From Eledone cirrhosa (Eukaryota): a stretch of DNA of 64,000 bases. Made by a program: the position numbers and the translations under genes. The DNA is taken from NCBI GenBank assembly GCA_964016885.1, contig OZ024742.1:190588001-190652000 (forward strand), written 5' to 3'. Below the pieces are notes generated by a model. The model saw only the letters and a program-made list of their open reading frames with translations. It ran no database searches and was not told where the DNA came from. Shown here piece by piece: positions 52,266 to 64,000 of this stretch (its first letter is position 1; each line of letters begins with the position of its first letter).

Positions 52266-52597
52266 TAATTTGAGCTTTTCTAATATTGATAATAACATTC
52301 GATTCGTTTGCAATAATACAAACATCCTCTTTGCTAATATGCAAATCAGCCGATCATTTACTGTATATTTTATAAAATATCATATATTTTCACTAGCTCT
52401 GATAGTTGGCAGGTGAACAGTGGGCTGTACTGATGAAGGGTGATACCCAGAAACATTAGTGTCTGCAGTTCTGTTTAAATGCTAACACAAGAGCAAGAAT
52501 AACAGGGTCACTCTACGGACATGGCTTTAAAGAGGCTGTTTGCATAATTGCAAACGAATCGAATATTTTTTATTAATATTCGAAAAACTCAGATTAC
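52266..52597 (+). mobile_element. Fold-back mini-element with central HHR
   Basis: Imperfect ~67-bp arms 52266-52332/52529-52597 enclosing the HHR at 52422-52471. Confidence 0.7.
52422..52471 (+). ncRNA. Type I hammerhead ribozyme (compact, canonical)
   Basis: GGGCTGTA-CTGATGA-AGGGTGATACCCA-GAAAC-ATTAGT-GTC-TGCAGTTC; 8-bp stem I with G-U pairs, stem II GGGT/ACCC, GUC triplet. Confidence 0.88.
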
Positions 52598-52609
52598 GTA
52601 TGTATATAA

Positions 52610-53183
<574 letters not shown>

Positions 53184-53226
53184 AAATGTGGAGAGGAAGC
53201 ACACGAGTTAGGATATATATATATAT

Positions 53227-53494
53227 ATATGAATACAGGGAGAAAGAGACGATTATGAGGAAGAAAAATATATTCTTTCTGCACCTTCTGTTTAACATGT
53301 GCGACACCACACTAATACATTTCACTGTCATTTGATAATGCATATAAATGCTGAAACCGGTAGTAGACAATAATTAAATATATAAAGAGATACATAAATG
53401 CCATTGTTAAATAATAAATAAATCAACCAGTACCTTAACACTTCACACAAAGTAAAACATTTCGTTTTAATCATTTTCTAACCCAGAAAAGAGA

Positions 53495-53573
<79 letters not shown>

Positions 53574-53635
53574 AAAAGGAAAAAAATATATTTTTCTTCC
53601 TCATAATCGTCTCTTTCTCCCTGTTTTCATATATA
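53227..53635 (+). mobile_element. Fold-back element with decayed HHR
   Basis: Arms 53227-53273/53586-53635; TGTCAT-TTGATAA-TGCATATAAATGCT-GAAAC-CG-GTA-GTAGACA at ~53326-53369. Confidence 0.55.
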
Positions 53636-53644
53636 TATATATAT

Positions 53645-53852
53645 AGTAATAATAATAAATTTGAAGACTAAAATCCAAAGAAGGCTCGATAAGGATAAAT
53701 ATATATCAAGAACCGTAGAGCAAATATTTATTAAAATAACAGATTAAAGTTTAAGCAAAGAATCACTGCTTTCACCCTTAACGGGATCTTCGAGTTTCAG
53801 AATTAGCCGTCGAAACGGCTTGAGCTCAGCCGTCGGGGTCCTACTCGTTCCT
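53645..53852 (-). mobile_element. Family H terminal fragment joined to an HHR-like decayed motif
   Basis: 53645-53790 is the reverse complement of 52010-52163; 53790-53850 resembles 48740-48790 (hairpin AGCCGT.TTCG.ACGGCT followed by GAAACTCGA on the minus strand). Confidence 0.55.
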
Positions 53853-54295
53853 ATATATATATATATATATGCCTCTGTTTGTGTATGTATGTGTGTTTAT
53901 ATTATTACGTGGCTGTGTGTGCTTGTATAATATATACGTATGCCTGTATATATTACACACAAACCCACACATACATAATATACATGTGTGCTTCCACAAC
54001 CAATGTAAAAATATATCCTTTCTCCGTATAAAAAAGACTGATTTAGCGGGGATATTTTCGGATTACTGACAATAACATTCGGATATATACAGAATATTTT
54101 CCGTCTCTAAATCTCAAGAAATGATTTTAAAATAGAGCTTACTAAATTCTTCTTCTTCTTCTTCTTCTTCTTCTTCTTCTTCTTCTTCTTCTTCTTCTTC
54201 TTCTTCTTCTTCTTCTTCTTCTTCTTCTTCTTCTTCTTCTTCTTCTTCTTCTTCTTCTTCTTCTTCTTCTCACCATGTTTCTGCTGGTATAACCC

Positions 54296-54374
<79 letters not shown>

Positions 54375-54759
54375 CAATTTTCATGTTTGATATCCTTTTT
54401 TCTTCCTTTCATATTCTCTCCCTTCATCTACATTATTATTACTACTACTATCATCACTGAATAGTTTTATTCGTAGTAGTTCCATTAAAATAGCAACAGT
54501 AATATTAGTATTTGTATTTTTTAAATATTATTGAATTGCTGAAGCGAACAGACCTAACTGTCAGAGCTCCTTCGAAAAAAACTAACTTTTAACCGGATTA
54601 CCTCAAACAACAACGAAATCAAATCTATTTATGCAGTTGTATGCAGTTTTATTCATAGATATTTTCGAATTGTTTGAAGATCCAATCTCTTACCCTGTGT
54701 TAGAGAAATTGCTTGATTTTAGACAATTTTAAGAGCCTACTATATATACGTTGAAAACT

Positions 54760-54860
54760 GGAAGCAAACCGGATTGGAGTGGCAGGAGCATCCCAGGATC
54801 ATGTACGATGGTGGAGGGTCGTCAATGGACTATGTTCCAAAGAGAGCGATGAGGTTGACT
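54760..54860 (+). pseudogene. RTE 3' terminal fragment
   Basis: Resembles the A/SQD..RW..VVNGLCS terminal motif of RTE ORFs. Confidence 0.4.
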
Positions 54861-55020
54861 GAATATATACGTTAGTTAAGTTTCGTGGCTTCATGGGTTT
54901 GATGCTCGTTATGTCTTGAGTTCAATTAACGTTTGTGCATTGTGGTGTTGAGGAAAACCCTTTATTTCACCTAGCTCCTCTCCCCTAAGTTGAAATAAAT
55001 GGGTTGTAACTCTAAGTGAA

Positions 55021-55450
55021 GGTGCGTAGTGGTTAGGGAATTTGATTCGTAAACGTGGGGTTGCGTGTTCGATTCCCGGACCTGGTGATGCGTTATGTTC
55101 TTGAACAAGACACTTTATTTCACTAGACACTTTCACTCCTTCTGCTAGGAGTTGCGACTGGTAGATAATATGAGCAATGGAAAGACTAATGGAAGCATTG
55201 TTTCCATGGTCCGATTTGATTAGCCCCACCCATTAGTTAGGCGAATCGGATCTTTCGCATCGGTAAAAAAAAATTGTTATTCAAAAGGCCAGCCTTGTGG
55301 CGTATTGTGTCTCGCTAAATTGTCTGAGAAATGCTTTAAATGTACACGTGTCAGTGGAATGTTCAAATACATGCATGCTAATTCCATGGCTAGGCTATTC
55401 AGTTGATCAAACAACTGGAACACTCACCACCCGAACCGACAGAGGGACGT
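55021..55450 (+). mobile_element. tRNA-headed SINE (second family)
   Basis: GTAGTGGTTAGG A box, GTTCGATTCCC B box, TTGAACAAGACACTTTATTTCAC; tail related to 6500-6620. Confidence 0.6.
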
Positions 55451-56153
55451 CAGCTTAAATATCTTCATAGATATTATTAAAACACAATATTCTTGTCCCT
55501 TTCCCATGAATGTTAGTTAATTCCACCTTCTTTTTACTTTTGAGATTACTGTTGTCACAGGTTGTTGACGTTCACCTGATCGAGATCAAAGATTAGTGAT
55601 TAGCTTCCTCTCCCTCGCGGGGAGTACGACAACTTGGGGCCCCAGTTAATTCCATGAGTAGACTATTCTCTTGAGCAAACACTGGAACACGCAATGTCGT
55701 AACCGATAGAAGTTTAGCCCAACTCATATATGATACATTTTCTGCACATTGTCATTTAATTGGTTGTTTGCATAAGAAAATGTTTAAAAAGAAAAGCAGA
55801 AAAAAGCTCACCAATGTAGTGGTAGACTTACTTTTTATAACGTAAACAAACACGTTCCTAATTATTTTCAAATATGTAAATAGATTTGAAAAAATAACAA
55901 TGGTAAATCAAACAGACTGAGCTTACGATTACACAACGGAAAATACAAAATAGATTAGTGTTGGAAGACATTTAAATGAGCGAAAACAAAACAAAACAAA
56001 GATAATATAAATAGTAGTGATTATCAGCCGCATTATCACCACCATTATCATCATCATCAACAAGAAGAAGAAGAAGAAGAAGAAGAAGAAGAAGAAGAAG
56101 AAGAAGAAGAAGAAGACCACCACCTCCACCACCAACAACAACACCACCACCAC

Positions 56154-56186
<33 letters not shown>

Positions 56187-56385
56187 TAGCAATAGCAAAA
56201 ATAATAAAATATACAACTACATAATCATTATTTTAATACTAGAAATCATTATTTGTAAAAGTTGTAGATAATGTAGACTTTGTGAATCTGGGCCAAAGCA
56301 AGGTAAAGGAGAAGTTAAGGACGAGGTTTACCGTGAGGTATTTAATTGGAATGGACGAAGGAAAGGAACACACATTTATAGTTAA

Positions 56386-57165
56386 CTAGCAGTAAAGCCC
56401 GGCGTTGCTCGGGGTCGCTCAGTAGCTGTGTTAAAGTTACAATGTTAAGTTTCTTTTTTGGCTTAAAAACTGTAGTGTCTACTGTGCAGACTTGAATGTG
56501 GTGTTTTTGATTAATATTCCCTCAACCAACAATATGCCTTATGAAGTTAAGAAAACATAACGATAACCCGAATGTTATAACAAAAGAGGATGCTGGGGAT
56601 AGAAACTGCACTGGTTATTTATTAACAAAGATCGAAAATGTAAACACTGCAACGCAGAGAAAAACATTAGCGTAACCAAATTATCAGTTATGTCTGTCTG
56701 CACGCCTATATCACCTCTCTGCACGACTGTCTGTCTGCACGCCTGAAATATTTGCTTGTTTTACGTAGTCTTTAAATAGACTTGTTTTCAAGTAAAAATA
56801 TTGTTTTAAAATGCTTTTAAATGGAAATGAAGCAAAACGGAAGCTTAGTGTTCGAACTGATCTGTTCGTGTATTGTGTTAATGTCATTTTAAACGCTGAG
56901 AAAGCCAGCGTAATTTTTTACGTAAGACGCTCAATGTAAACAGAACAAAGGGAAATAACTGATAACTTACGCTCAAAAATCGATACATTATATTCGATTT
57001 CGTCACTTAGGGTGGGTCAATTTGAAATTTTTTTTTTCCGATGTCTTCGCTAGGGCTCAATGTACAAGTATAGCAATTTCGGTGCAATTCCGTGAGAGAT
57101 TCTAAGAGGAGATGTGTGCCAAAAATCGATAGACAGACAGACAACCACAGTTTTATATATATAGA
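56386..57165 (-). mobile_element. Non-autonomous Helitron
   Basis: Minus strand starts A|TCTATATATATAAAA, has (CTGT)n near the 5' end and a subterminal hairpin CCCGAGCAACGCCGGG, and ends CTAG|T. Confidence 0.85.
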
Positions 57166-57450
57166 TGAACGGCGAGGTGTATTTTATATACTCCCGTAAG
57201 AATGTGGCTGATGTCTAATACAGAGGATGAAGTGTGAAGGCAGGTGCAGCTAATGTTCTACATTTCTCCACACCGGCATGTGCGGCAGGATGTAGAAAAG
57301 AGATATGACTAACAACATTTGTGTTTATGTTGATCCTTGGCTCAAGGTGGATCAACGCTGAACCTTGGTCCGAAATGCAAGATATAGCAGCTAAAGTTTT
57401 CTCAGCTTACACTCTGATGTATTAAAAAAAAGATTATTGTCTTTAGATAA

Positions 57451-58318
57451 CACTGGTCAACAAGTGTTTTTCATCAAGCATATGTCAAGGTACTTGTGTA
57501 CTTAGTGTAGTTTTTAATGCTGATTTCAAATATACAATGCGTTTTTTGTTTAGTTTAGTAGAAACGTTTCCCAATATCACACAGGCGAAGTTGAAAGAGG
57601 GTATCTTTTTCGGACCCCAAATTGGAGAAGTACTCAAAGATGTCAACTTCAAGACAACACTGGATGAACTGGAACTGCCTGCCTGGAATGCTTTCAATTG
57701 GATCTGTGAGAATTTCTTGCGCAACAAGAATGGCAAGAAGGATGGCATCAAGAATCTTCTGAAATGTTACTCAGCAATGGGTTGTCGCATGTCACTGAAA
57801 GTTCACTTCTTGGACTCCCATCTAGATTTCTTCGCAGATAACTTTGGAGCAGTGTCTGATGAATATGGTGAAAGATTTCACCAGGATATTAGAGCTATGG
57901 AGAAACGGTACCAATGCTTCTGGAATGACAGTATGCTGGCTGACTACTGCAGGACACTTTACCGTGATCAACCAGATCAGGAACACCGCAGTAAATCCAA
58001 ATCACAATGTTTCTAACTCTGTTGTTCTAACTGTTTATTTTGTCTGACCCATTTTTTGTGTATTCACTCTTTGTAAAATGATAGTGATGATTTTTAACTC
58101 AATAAATTCATTTACTTTCTAAAAATAATATGTCCTTATTTATTACGATAATAATTTCATATATACAAATATGTAAATATTTGTATGTATCTACTGAAAA
58201 ACTGATACGTGTTGCATACAAATGGAGTGAAATTTTGAAATCAGCATGGAAAATTAGTCTAAAAACGTTGGTTTGCATTCATAATGAGTATAATACATTT
58301 AATTTTGTTGACCAAGTC
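57451..58318 (+). mobile_element. Internally deleted Chapaev3-like (CMC) DNA transposon
   Basis: TIR CACTGGTCAACAA / TTGTTGACCAAGT; subterminal ATGCTGATTTCAAA / TTTGAAATCAGCAT. Confidence 0.8.
57560..58016 (+). pseudogene. Chapaev3-like transposase C-terminus
   Basis: AKLKEGIFFGPQI..MSLKVHFLDSHLDFF..NFGAVSDEYGERFHQDI..MEKRYQ..W..SMLADYC. Confidence 0.8.
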
Positions 58319-59844
58319 TTAGAAAAAATGTTTGAAAACGACGGCTTAATCCTAGTTGTGAAGCCTTTTCTCAAATGCTCTCTCGATAGAGGCTGGTTTG
58401 GATTTAAACAACAACGTAGCCCACTTAATCCGTTGGCAAATTTAATACCGCTACCTCGGCCTTAGGGGCCTTTAGCAGAATCCACTCCGTTACAAGCATT
58501 CGCGTTGGCTCTCTGATTTTAAGATGCCTTTTTCTCTCCACACTCCAGTCACGTAGACTCTGTTAAAGGTCATGGGTGCTGCACATCTTCCATTGACTGA
58601 ACAATAAAATAAATAAAAAACAGCAATAACTTCTAATCGTACTAAATAAATAAGGGGAATAACTCACGATCAGTATATAGTTATATATTTGTTTCGAAAA
58701 CAAAATGCAGATAATAATAATTCTAGATGCTTCAGTTAATAATCTTCTTAATACTAACACCTTTTTCCTATATATGAGAAGAAAGTGTCTGTTTCTTAAG
58801 ATACACTATTTTATTGCTTCCTTGGACGTTCATGATTCCATTGGCTCTGTATAACATAAGTGATACATCTACTTAATCTCTTTATTGGTGTGTCATTTTT
58901 ATGACCATTTCACAGTCTTCTTAGCGTCAGATATTAACTTTTGGAAAGCTAAACTCTATTTAATGTGGAAATAATGTTGTTATTGTAATGTTCCCGTTCA
59001 CATTTTCAAACCTTTATAGTCCCGACTATAATACTCTATACAAACTTTCCATTAGATTGTTTGAAATGTAACAAATATATTTAAATTTTCTCTTTCCTCG
59101 TTTATGCCTTACGTAGGTGATACGTTTTATCTGTTACAATAAGTTCCTTATTTAATTAAACAAATTCAGACGTAACAGGTAACAAAAGTCTAAAGAGTTC
59201 ACTTTATATATTAAAATATATATTGGCATATTGCGATAACGATTACTGAATGTCAGGCTATACTTTGACCTGATCAAATATTTTAGTGCATTAAGTTTTC
59301 TTCAATTACAACACATACAGGATTACCATACCCTTTAAGTGCCAATTTGAAACATTCAATAATTCTAGAGAGTCGACGTGGCTGTATGGTTAGCAAGTTC
59401 GTTTTGAAACTTCGTTATTCAAGTTTCGATAGACACATGGCATCTTGCAAAAGCGTTTTTACTTTAGCCTTGTATTCACCAATAATTTATAAGTGATGGT
59501 GGCCGAAAGTTGTTCAGAAATGAGTGCGATATATATTAGTGTACATGTGTATTTCCCATTCCTTGACTACCTTATCTGGACACTTTAACTTGATCTATTT
59601 GTTCCATGTGGTTGTCATTTACCATTTTTTGAAAAGGATATGGCAGATACAATCTCTAAATAAACATCAAGAAACCAATGGAAGCTAAAGCACAGGATTG
59701 TCTGTGTAAAACTGCTAAAAGTGTAGCTCGTACAAGCAGGTCTTCGAGCGATTTCATGCATTTTTTAGAAACGGACAAATTTCCCTTCAAAGCCGATATA
59801 TAAAACTAGGTAAATACGTTTGAGATCTATTATTATTATTCGGG

Positions 59845-60060
59845 GAATGGACAGTGTTGGCAGAGCGTCGGACAGCATGCTTCGGAGCATAGAATTACGG
59901 CCCTTTACGTTCTAAGTTCAAATATTACGAGGTTACCTTGGTTGTTCATCCTTACGGGTTCGATAAAATAAATACCAATAATGCACTGGGGTCGATTTAA
60001 TCGACTTTCCCCTTCCTTTCAAATTGCTGGCCTTAAGCCTAAAGTAGAAACAGTTATTAT
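59845..60060 (+). mobile_element. Meta-type SINE (diverged)
   Basis: Consensus match including AAGTTCAAAT..TTCATCCTTACGGG.TCGATAAAATAAA..GAAACAGTTATT. Confidence 0.75.
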
Positions 60061-61090
60061 TGTCACTATTAGTCTTTTTTATATTGCGTGTTGTTAGTGC
60101 AATACCGAGCATAGCTCTGTGTGCCTAGGGTAAGTGCAGTATTTTTTTGGTGTCGTTATTTGCATCGTATTGAGAGTACTCTTCGTAATATGTGTGAAGT
60201 GTCTATTGTTGTTATCATTATTGTAATTATAATCATTATTGTTGTTGTTGCTGCTTTTGCTGCTGTTGCTATTCTTATTGTTGTTATTGTTTTTATTGTT
60301 GCCCTTGACGTTGTTGCAGTGTTGTTAAGACGTGTTATTTTGAACCCCGCAGGAGTTAAATTTTCCGAGTTGAATTTAATTGGAAAAAATTCTTTTCAAA
60401 TGAAGCGACCACATACGAAGAAAGGTATCTAGTTAATTATCTGCATCATTTGTTGTTCACCCTTTTGGGTGAAGAAGATTTTATTTTAGAAGAAACGTTT
60501 TTTTTTTCTACCAGTCGTAAACAAACAAAATGGCTGCAGCTTCTAAGGAAATACAAAACATCTTCTTAAAAAGTTTGGACGCAAAAACATGTTTTTACAT
60601 TTTTACAGACAATAGACAGAAAAAGAAATAGAAAAAATCTCAAAATAATTACATTTTTTTTCACAACAATGTACAAATAACGATTTTCTGACGTAACGTA
60701 ATTTCATGGAACAGCTTATATAATGATAACAGGATGAACAATAAAAGGCGGCAATAATACACGCTCAGGTATTTTGGCAAGGGAGGTAATGAATAGAGGA
60801 TCCGAATTAAGAAGCAGAGAAAAGGTTTCCAACGTCGTCTTTCATTTAAGGTAGCTGAAAATAGTAAAAAATATAAAAAAAATATAAAAAACACCAAAAA
60901 GTAGAACATCGCAAGGATTGGATGTTTTGGTCGAAAAGAAAAGAAATAAACGTAAGGGGGATTGAAGAAACAAAGAAAAGAATAATTAAAGGAATAAATA
61001 AATAAATAAAATAAATAGATAGATAAATAAATATATTTTTAAGAAAAACATCTGAACATGTTAGGACAAATTTTTACAATAAGGAAATAT

Positions 61091-61148
<58 letters not shown>

Positions 61149-61785
61149 GAGAGAGAGAGCTGTGGGTGAGGTATAGGGAGATTTAGAGGGAGAAAAATAA
61201 ATGAAGAAAGAGAGAGGTCGAGAGAGACAAAGGGCTAGAGAGAGGCGAAAGGGAGAAGGAGAGAGGATGAAAACAGAGAGGAGACAGAGAATTTGAATAA
61301 GATAGTGAAGTGAGAAAGAGGAGAAGTGTGAGGGGGAGGGACAAAAGGATTTGAGGGTGAGAGAGGAGATTGTGAGGAATGGAGAAATAGAGAGTTAAAA
61401 GATGTGTGTGGAAGATAGAGAAGAAGAAACAGAGAGACAAAGAGAAATAGACAGAGGGATAAAGTGAGATAAAGAGAAAGAGGGAAATAGAGAGTTGCAC
61501 AGGAGAAGGAAAGAAAGAAAGTAGGCGTGTGAAAAAGGACTGAGAGAGAAAGAGAGTAAGAGAGAAAGAGGGGGAGAGAGGGAGAGAATAAAAAAAAGGA
61601 CGATAGGGAAGAAATATTTTGGAGAATGAAAGAAAACATACTATTATACAATATATTGACATAGACGTAACTATACAGAGTTGGCTCCCTATTAGGTGTT
61701 CATCAAATTCCATCCTATTTAATGTTACATTCCATTTACAGTCATGCAAATGTTTACTGAAAAATACTCGGTGTGATTGTATTAA

Positions 61786-62480
61786 TCCTGGTTAAGACCA
61801 TATAGTGGATGTAACGCTAACACACACCATCTACCTATGTTAGGCTACTGTATCAAGCCTGGTTATGACCACATGGTGGATGTAACCCTAACATACACCA
61901 TGTAACTATGTTATTCTATTGTGTGAAGCCTGGTTAAGACCACATGGTGAATGTCACCCTACCATACACCATGTAACTACGTTACGCTACAGTATCTAGC
62001 CTGGTTAAGACCAGATGGTAAATGTAAGCAAAACATACACCATGTAACTATGTTATTCTATTGTGTGAAGCCTGGTTAAGACCACCTGGTGAATGTCACC
62101 CTACCATACACCATGTAACTACATTACGCTACAGTATCTAGCCTGGTTAAGACCAGATGGTAAATGTAAGCAAAACATACACCATGTAACTATGTTATTC
62201 TATTGTGTGAAGCCTGGTTAAGACCACATGGTGAATGTCACCCTACCATACACCATGTAACTACGTTACGCTACAGTATCTAGCCTGGTTAAGACCAGAT
62301 GGTAAATGTAAGCAAAACATACACCATGTAACTATTTTACTCTATTGTATCAATCCTGGTTAAGACCACATGGTGAATGTAACCCTAACATGCATCACGT
62401 ATGTGTTACACTACTGTATCTAGCCTGGCTAAGATTTCAAGGTGAATATAAACCTAACATACCCCGTGTAACTATGTTAA
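61786..62480. repeat. 71-bp tandem repeat, ~10 units, with 142-bp dimeric higher-order structure
   Basis: CCTGGTTA recurs at 61787, 61858, 61929, 62000, 62071, 62142, 62213 and 62284; A/B units alternate. Confidence 0.9.
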
Positions 62481-62682
62481 AGCACTTAGCAGCATGTTAC
62501 AGAGTGTTTAAGAACTGAAAGATGCATAAAATAACACCACAAACAAAGTGAAGATAATGACTCGATATCACACTTTTTTCAGACTTACTTAGTTATAAAC
62601 AATATCGGTTCACATGTAGCAGTTATTTCAAAGCAAAGCTAATATATGAAATTCTTGAGATATGCAACATCAATATAATTAT

Positions 62683-63150
62683 TTCTACTTTTGTGAAAAG
62701 ACCAGGAATTTAGGAAGAGGGGCCATTGACAATTGACACCCAATATTAGACTGGTACTTTATTTTATCGATCCCGGAAGGATGAAGAGCAAAGTCAACAT
62801 CGGTGGAATTTGAACGTAAAGAACCGGGACAAACACCGTAATTGCATTGTATATGACATCCTATTAATTCTGCCAATAATGTCATCAATATAATGGCTTC
62901 TTATTTAGGTACAAGGCCATTGAGTTTTGCGAGAGGGGAAAGTCAATGAAATCGACCTCAGTAGATTACTGGTACTTTATTTCATCGACCTCGTAAGGAT
63001 AAACGGCTAAACTAACTTCGGCGGGATTTGAACTCTATGCCGCGAAGCAGGCCGTCCCACGCTCTAGGCTACAAACATCTTCACCAAGTTGTGTATATTA
63101 GCTTTGAAGCACGGTATCCGGCGCGTTACCAATATTGCCAATCCACCGCA
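62683..63150 (-). mobile_element. Two adjacent diverged Meta-type SINEs
   Basis: CTGGTACTTTATTT.ATCGA..AAGGAT.AA.G.C.AA..AAC.TCGG.GG.ATTTGAAC at 62751 and 62969. Confidence 0.75.
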
Positions 63151-63436
63151 ATTAACGCCATCAAAGTAACAATAGGGAAGAATCTAAAGTATAGTGAAGC
63201 CATATAAATGTGGAAGTATTATAAATTTGAAGTAGGAACTTTGTTGGTCGGCCTTGTTGTTCATTATCTAATACTCTGATGTCTGTGCGCATGGCTGAAG
63301 CAAAATGAATGAAAACAAAATCAGTTTGTTACATAAGCTTTATTCACTAAATGTCTATGGTAACTCACAGAGAATCCACATTCAGGAGAAAATGTCAAGT
63401 AAAAACTATCATTTTCGTCAAGTATTTTGAAATAAG

Positions 63437-63519
<83 letters not shown>

Positions 63520-63555
63520 GTATGTACGTATGTATGTATATATACACACCCACGC

Positions 63556-63586
<31 letters not shown>

Positions 63587-64000
63587 GTTATACTTGGGGA
63601 GGGTCATATTGTTGTAAAATTACCAGAATTAATAACAGAACACACTCGCTGTTTGGTTGGATTTCGCTTCTGTATCTTTTATATCAGTCAATTTATCGGT
63701 CCTCAATGTTACCATTGACTGACCAACGGTCAAAAATACAGATATAATATAGACACAAACACATATATATAGTCTAAGAAAGTTCTTTCGTTGCACATCT
63801 GCAACAACGTCAGTGGTGCTATTATGTTCCCCCTGTTGTATTGTATATCTACGCCATCTTTATTTAATCTCTTTATTTATTTATTTATTTATTTTTGTCT
63901 TCTCTGCGGATGCGTTTGCCTCTGTGTATAGTCTTTGATGTATCTTCGCGGTTGGCTGACTGTGTTCTGGTTATTGTATTCTATCTTAGTTTACTAGTGT

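Noticed and set aside
61786-62480. CRISPR-like array
   Set aside because: The apparent spacers are homologous to each other, the context is eukaryotic, and there are no cas genes.

Overview
AT-rich, microsatellite-dense eukaryotic DNA, most consistent with an octopod cephalopod (inferred from the tRNA-headed Meta-type SINE and the repeat style). I see no supportable host gene; the window is almost entirely transposable elements and simple repeats. The centrepiece is an apparently intact, young Penelope-like element (PLE) of the Naiad type at 25272-30433. It has a 773-aa RT plus GIY-YIG ORF, a ~1.5-kb inverted pseudo-LTR and a type I hammerhead ribozyme (HHR) with an unusually long stem II. 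Around it are at least ten further HHR motifs (intact or decayed) from several unrelated families, mostly in short fold-back or PLE-remnant elements lodged in (TA)n. Other elements: a full-length but frameshifted Tx1/L1-like LINE, Dong/R4 and CRE-like fragments, a 5'-truncated RTE LINE with three C-terminal C2H2 fingers and RTE-derived non-autonomous partners in (GTAT)n, many SINE copies, a Chapaev3 deletion derivative, a non-autonomous Helitron, hAT and pogo-like MITEs, and several minisatellites. All family assignments come from motif recognition by eye, without database searches, and boundaries are approximate.
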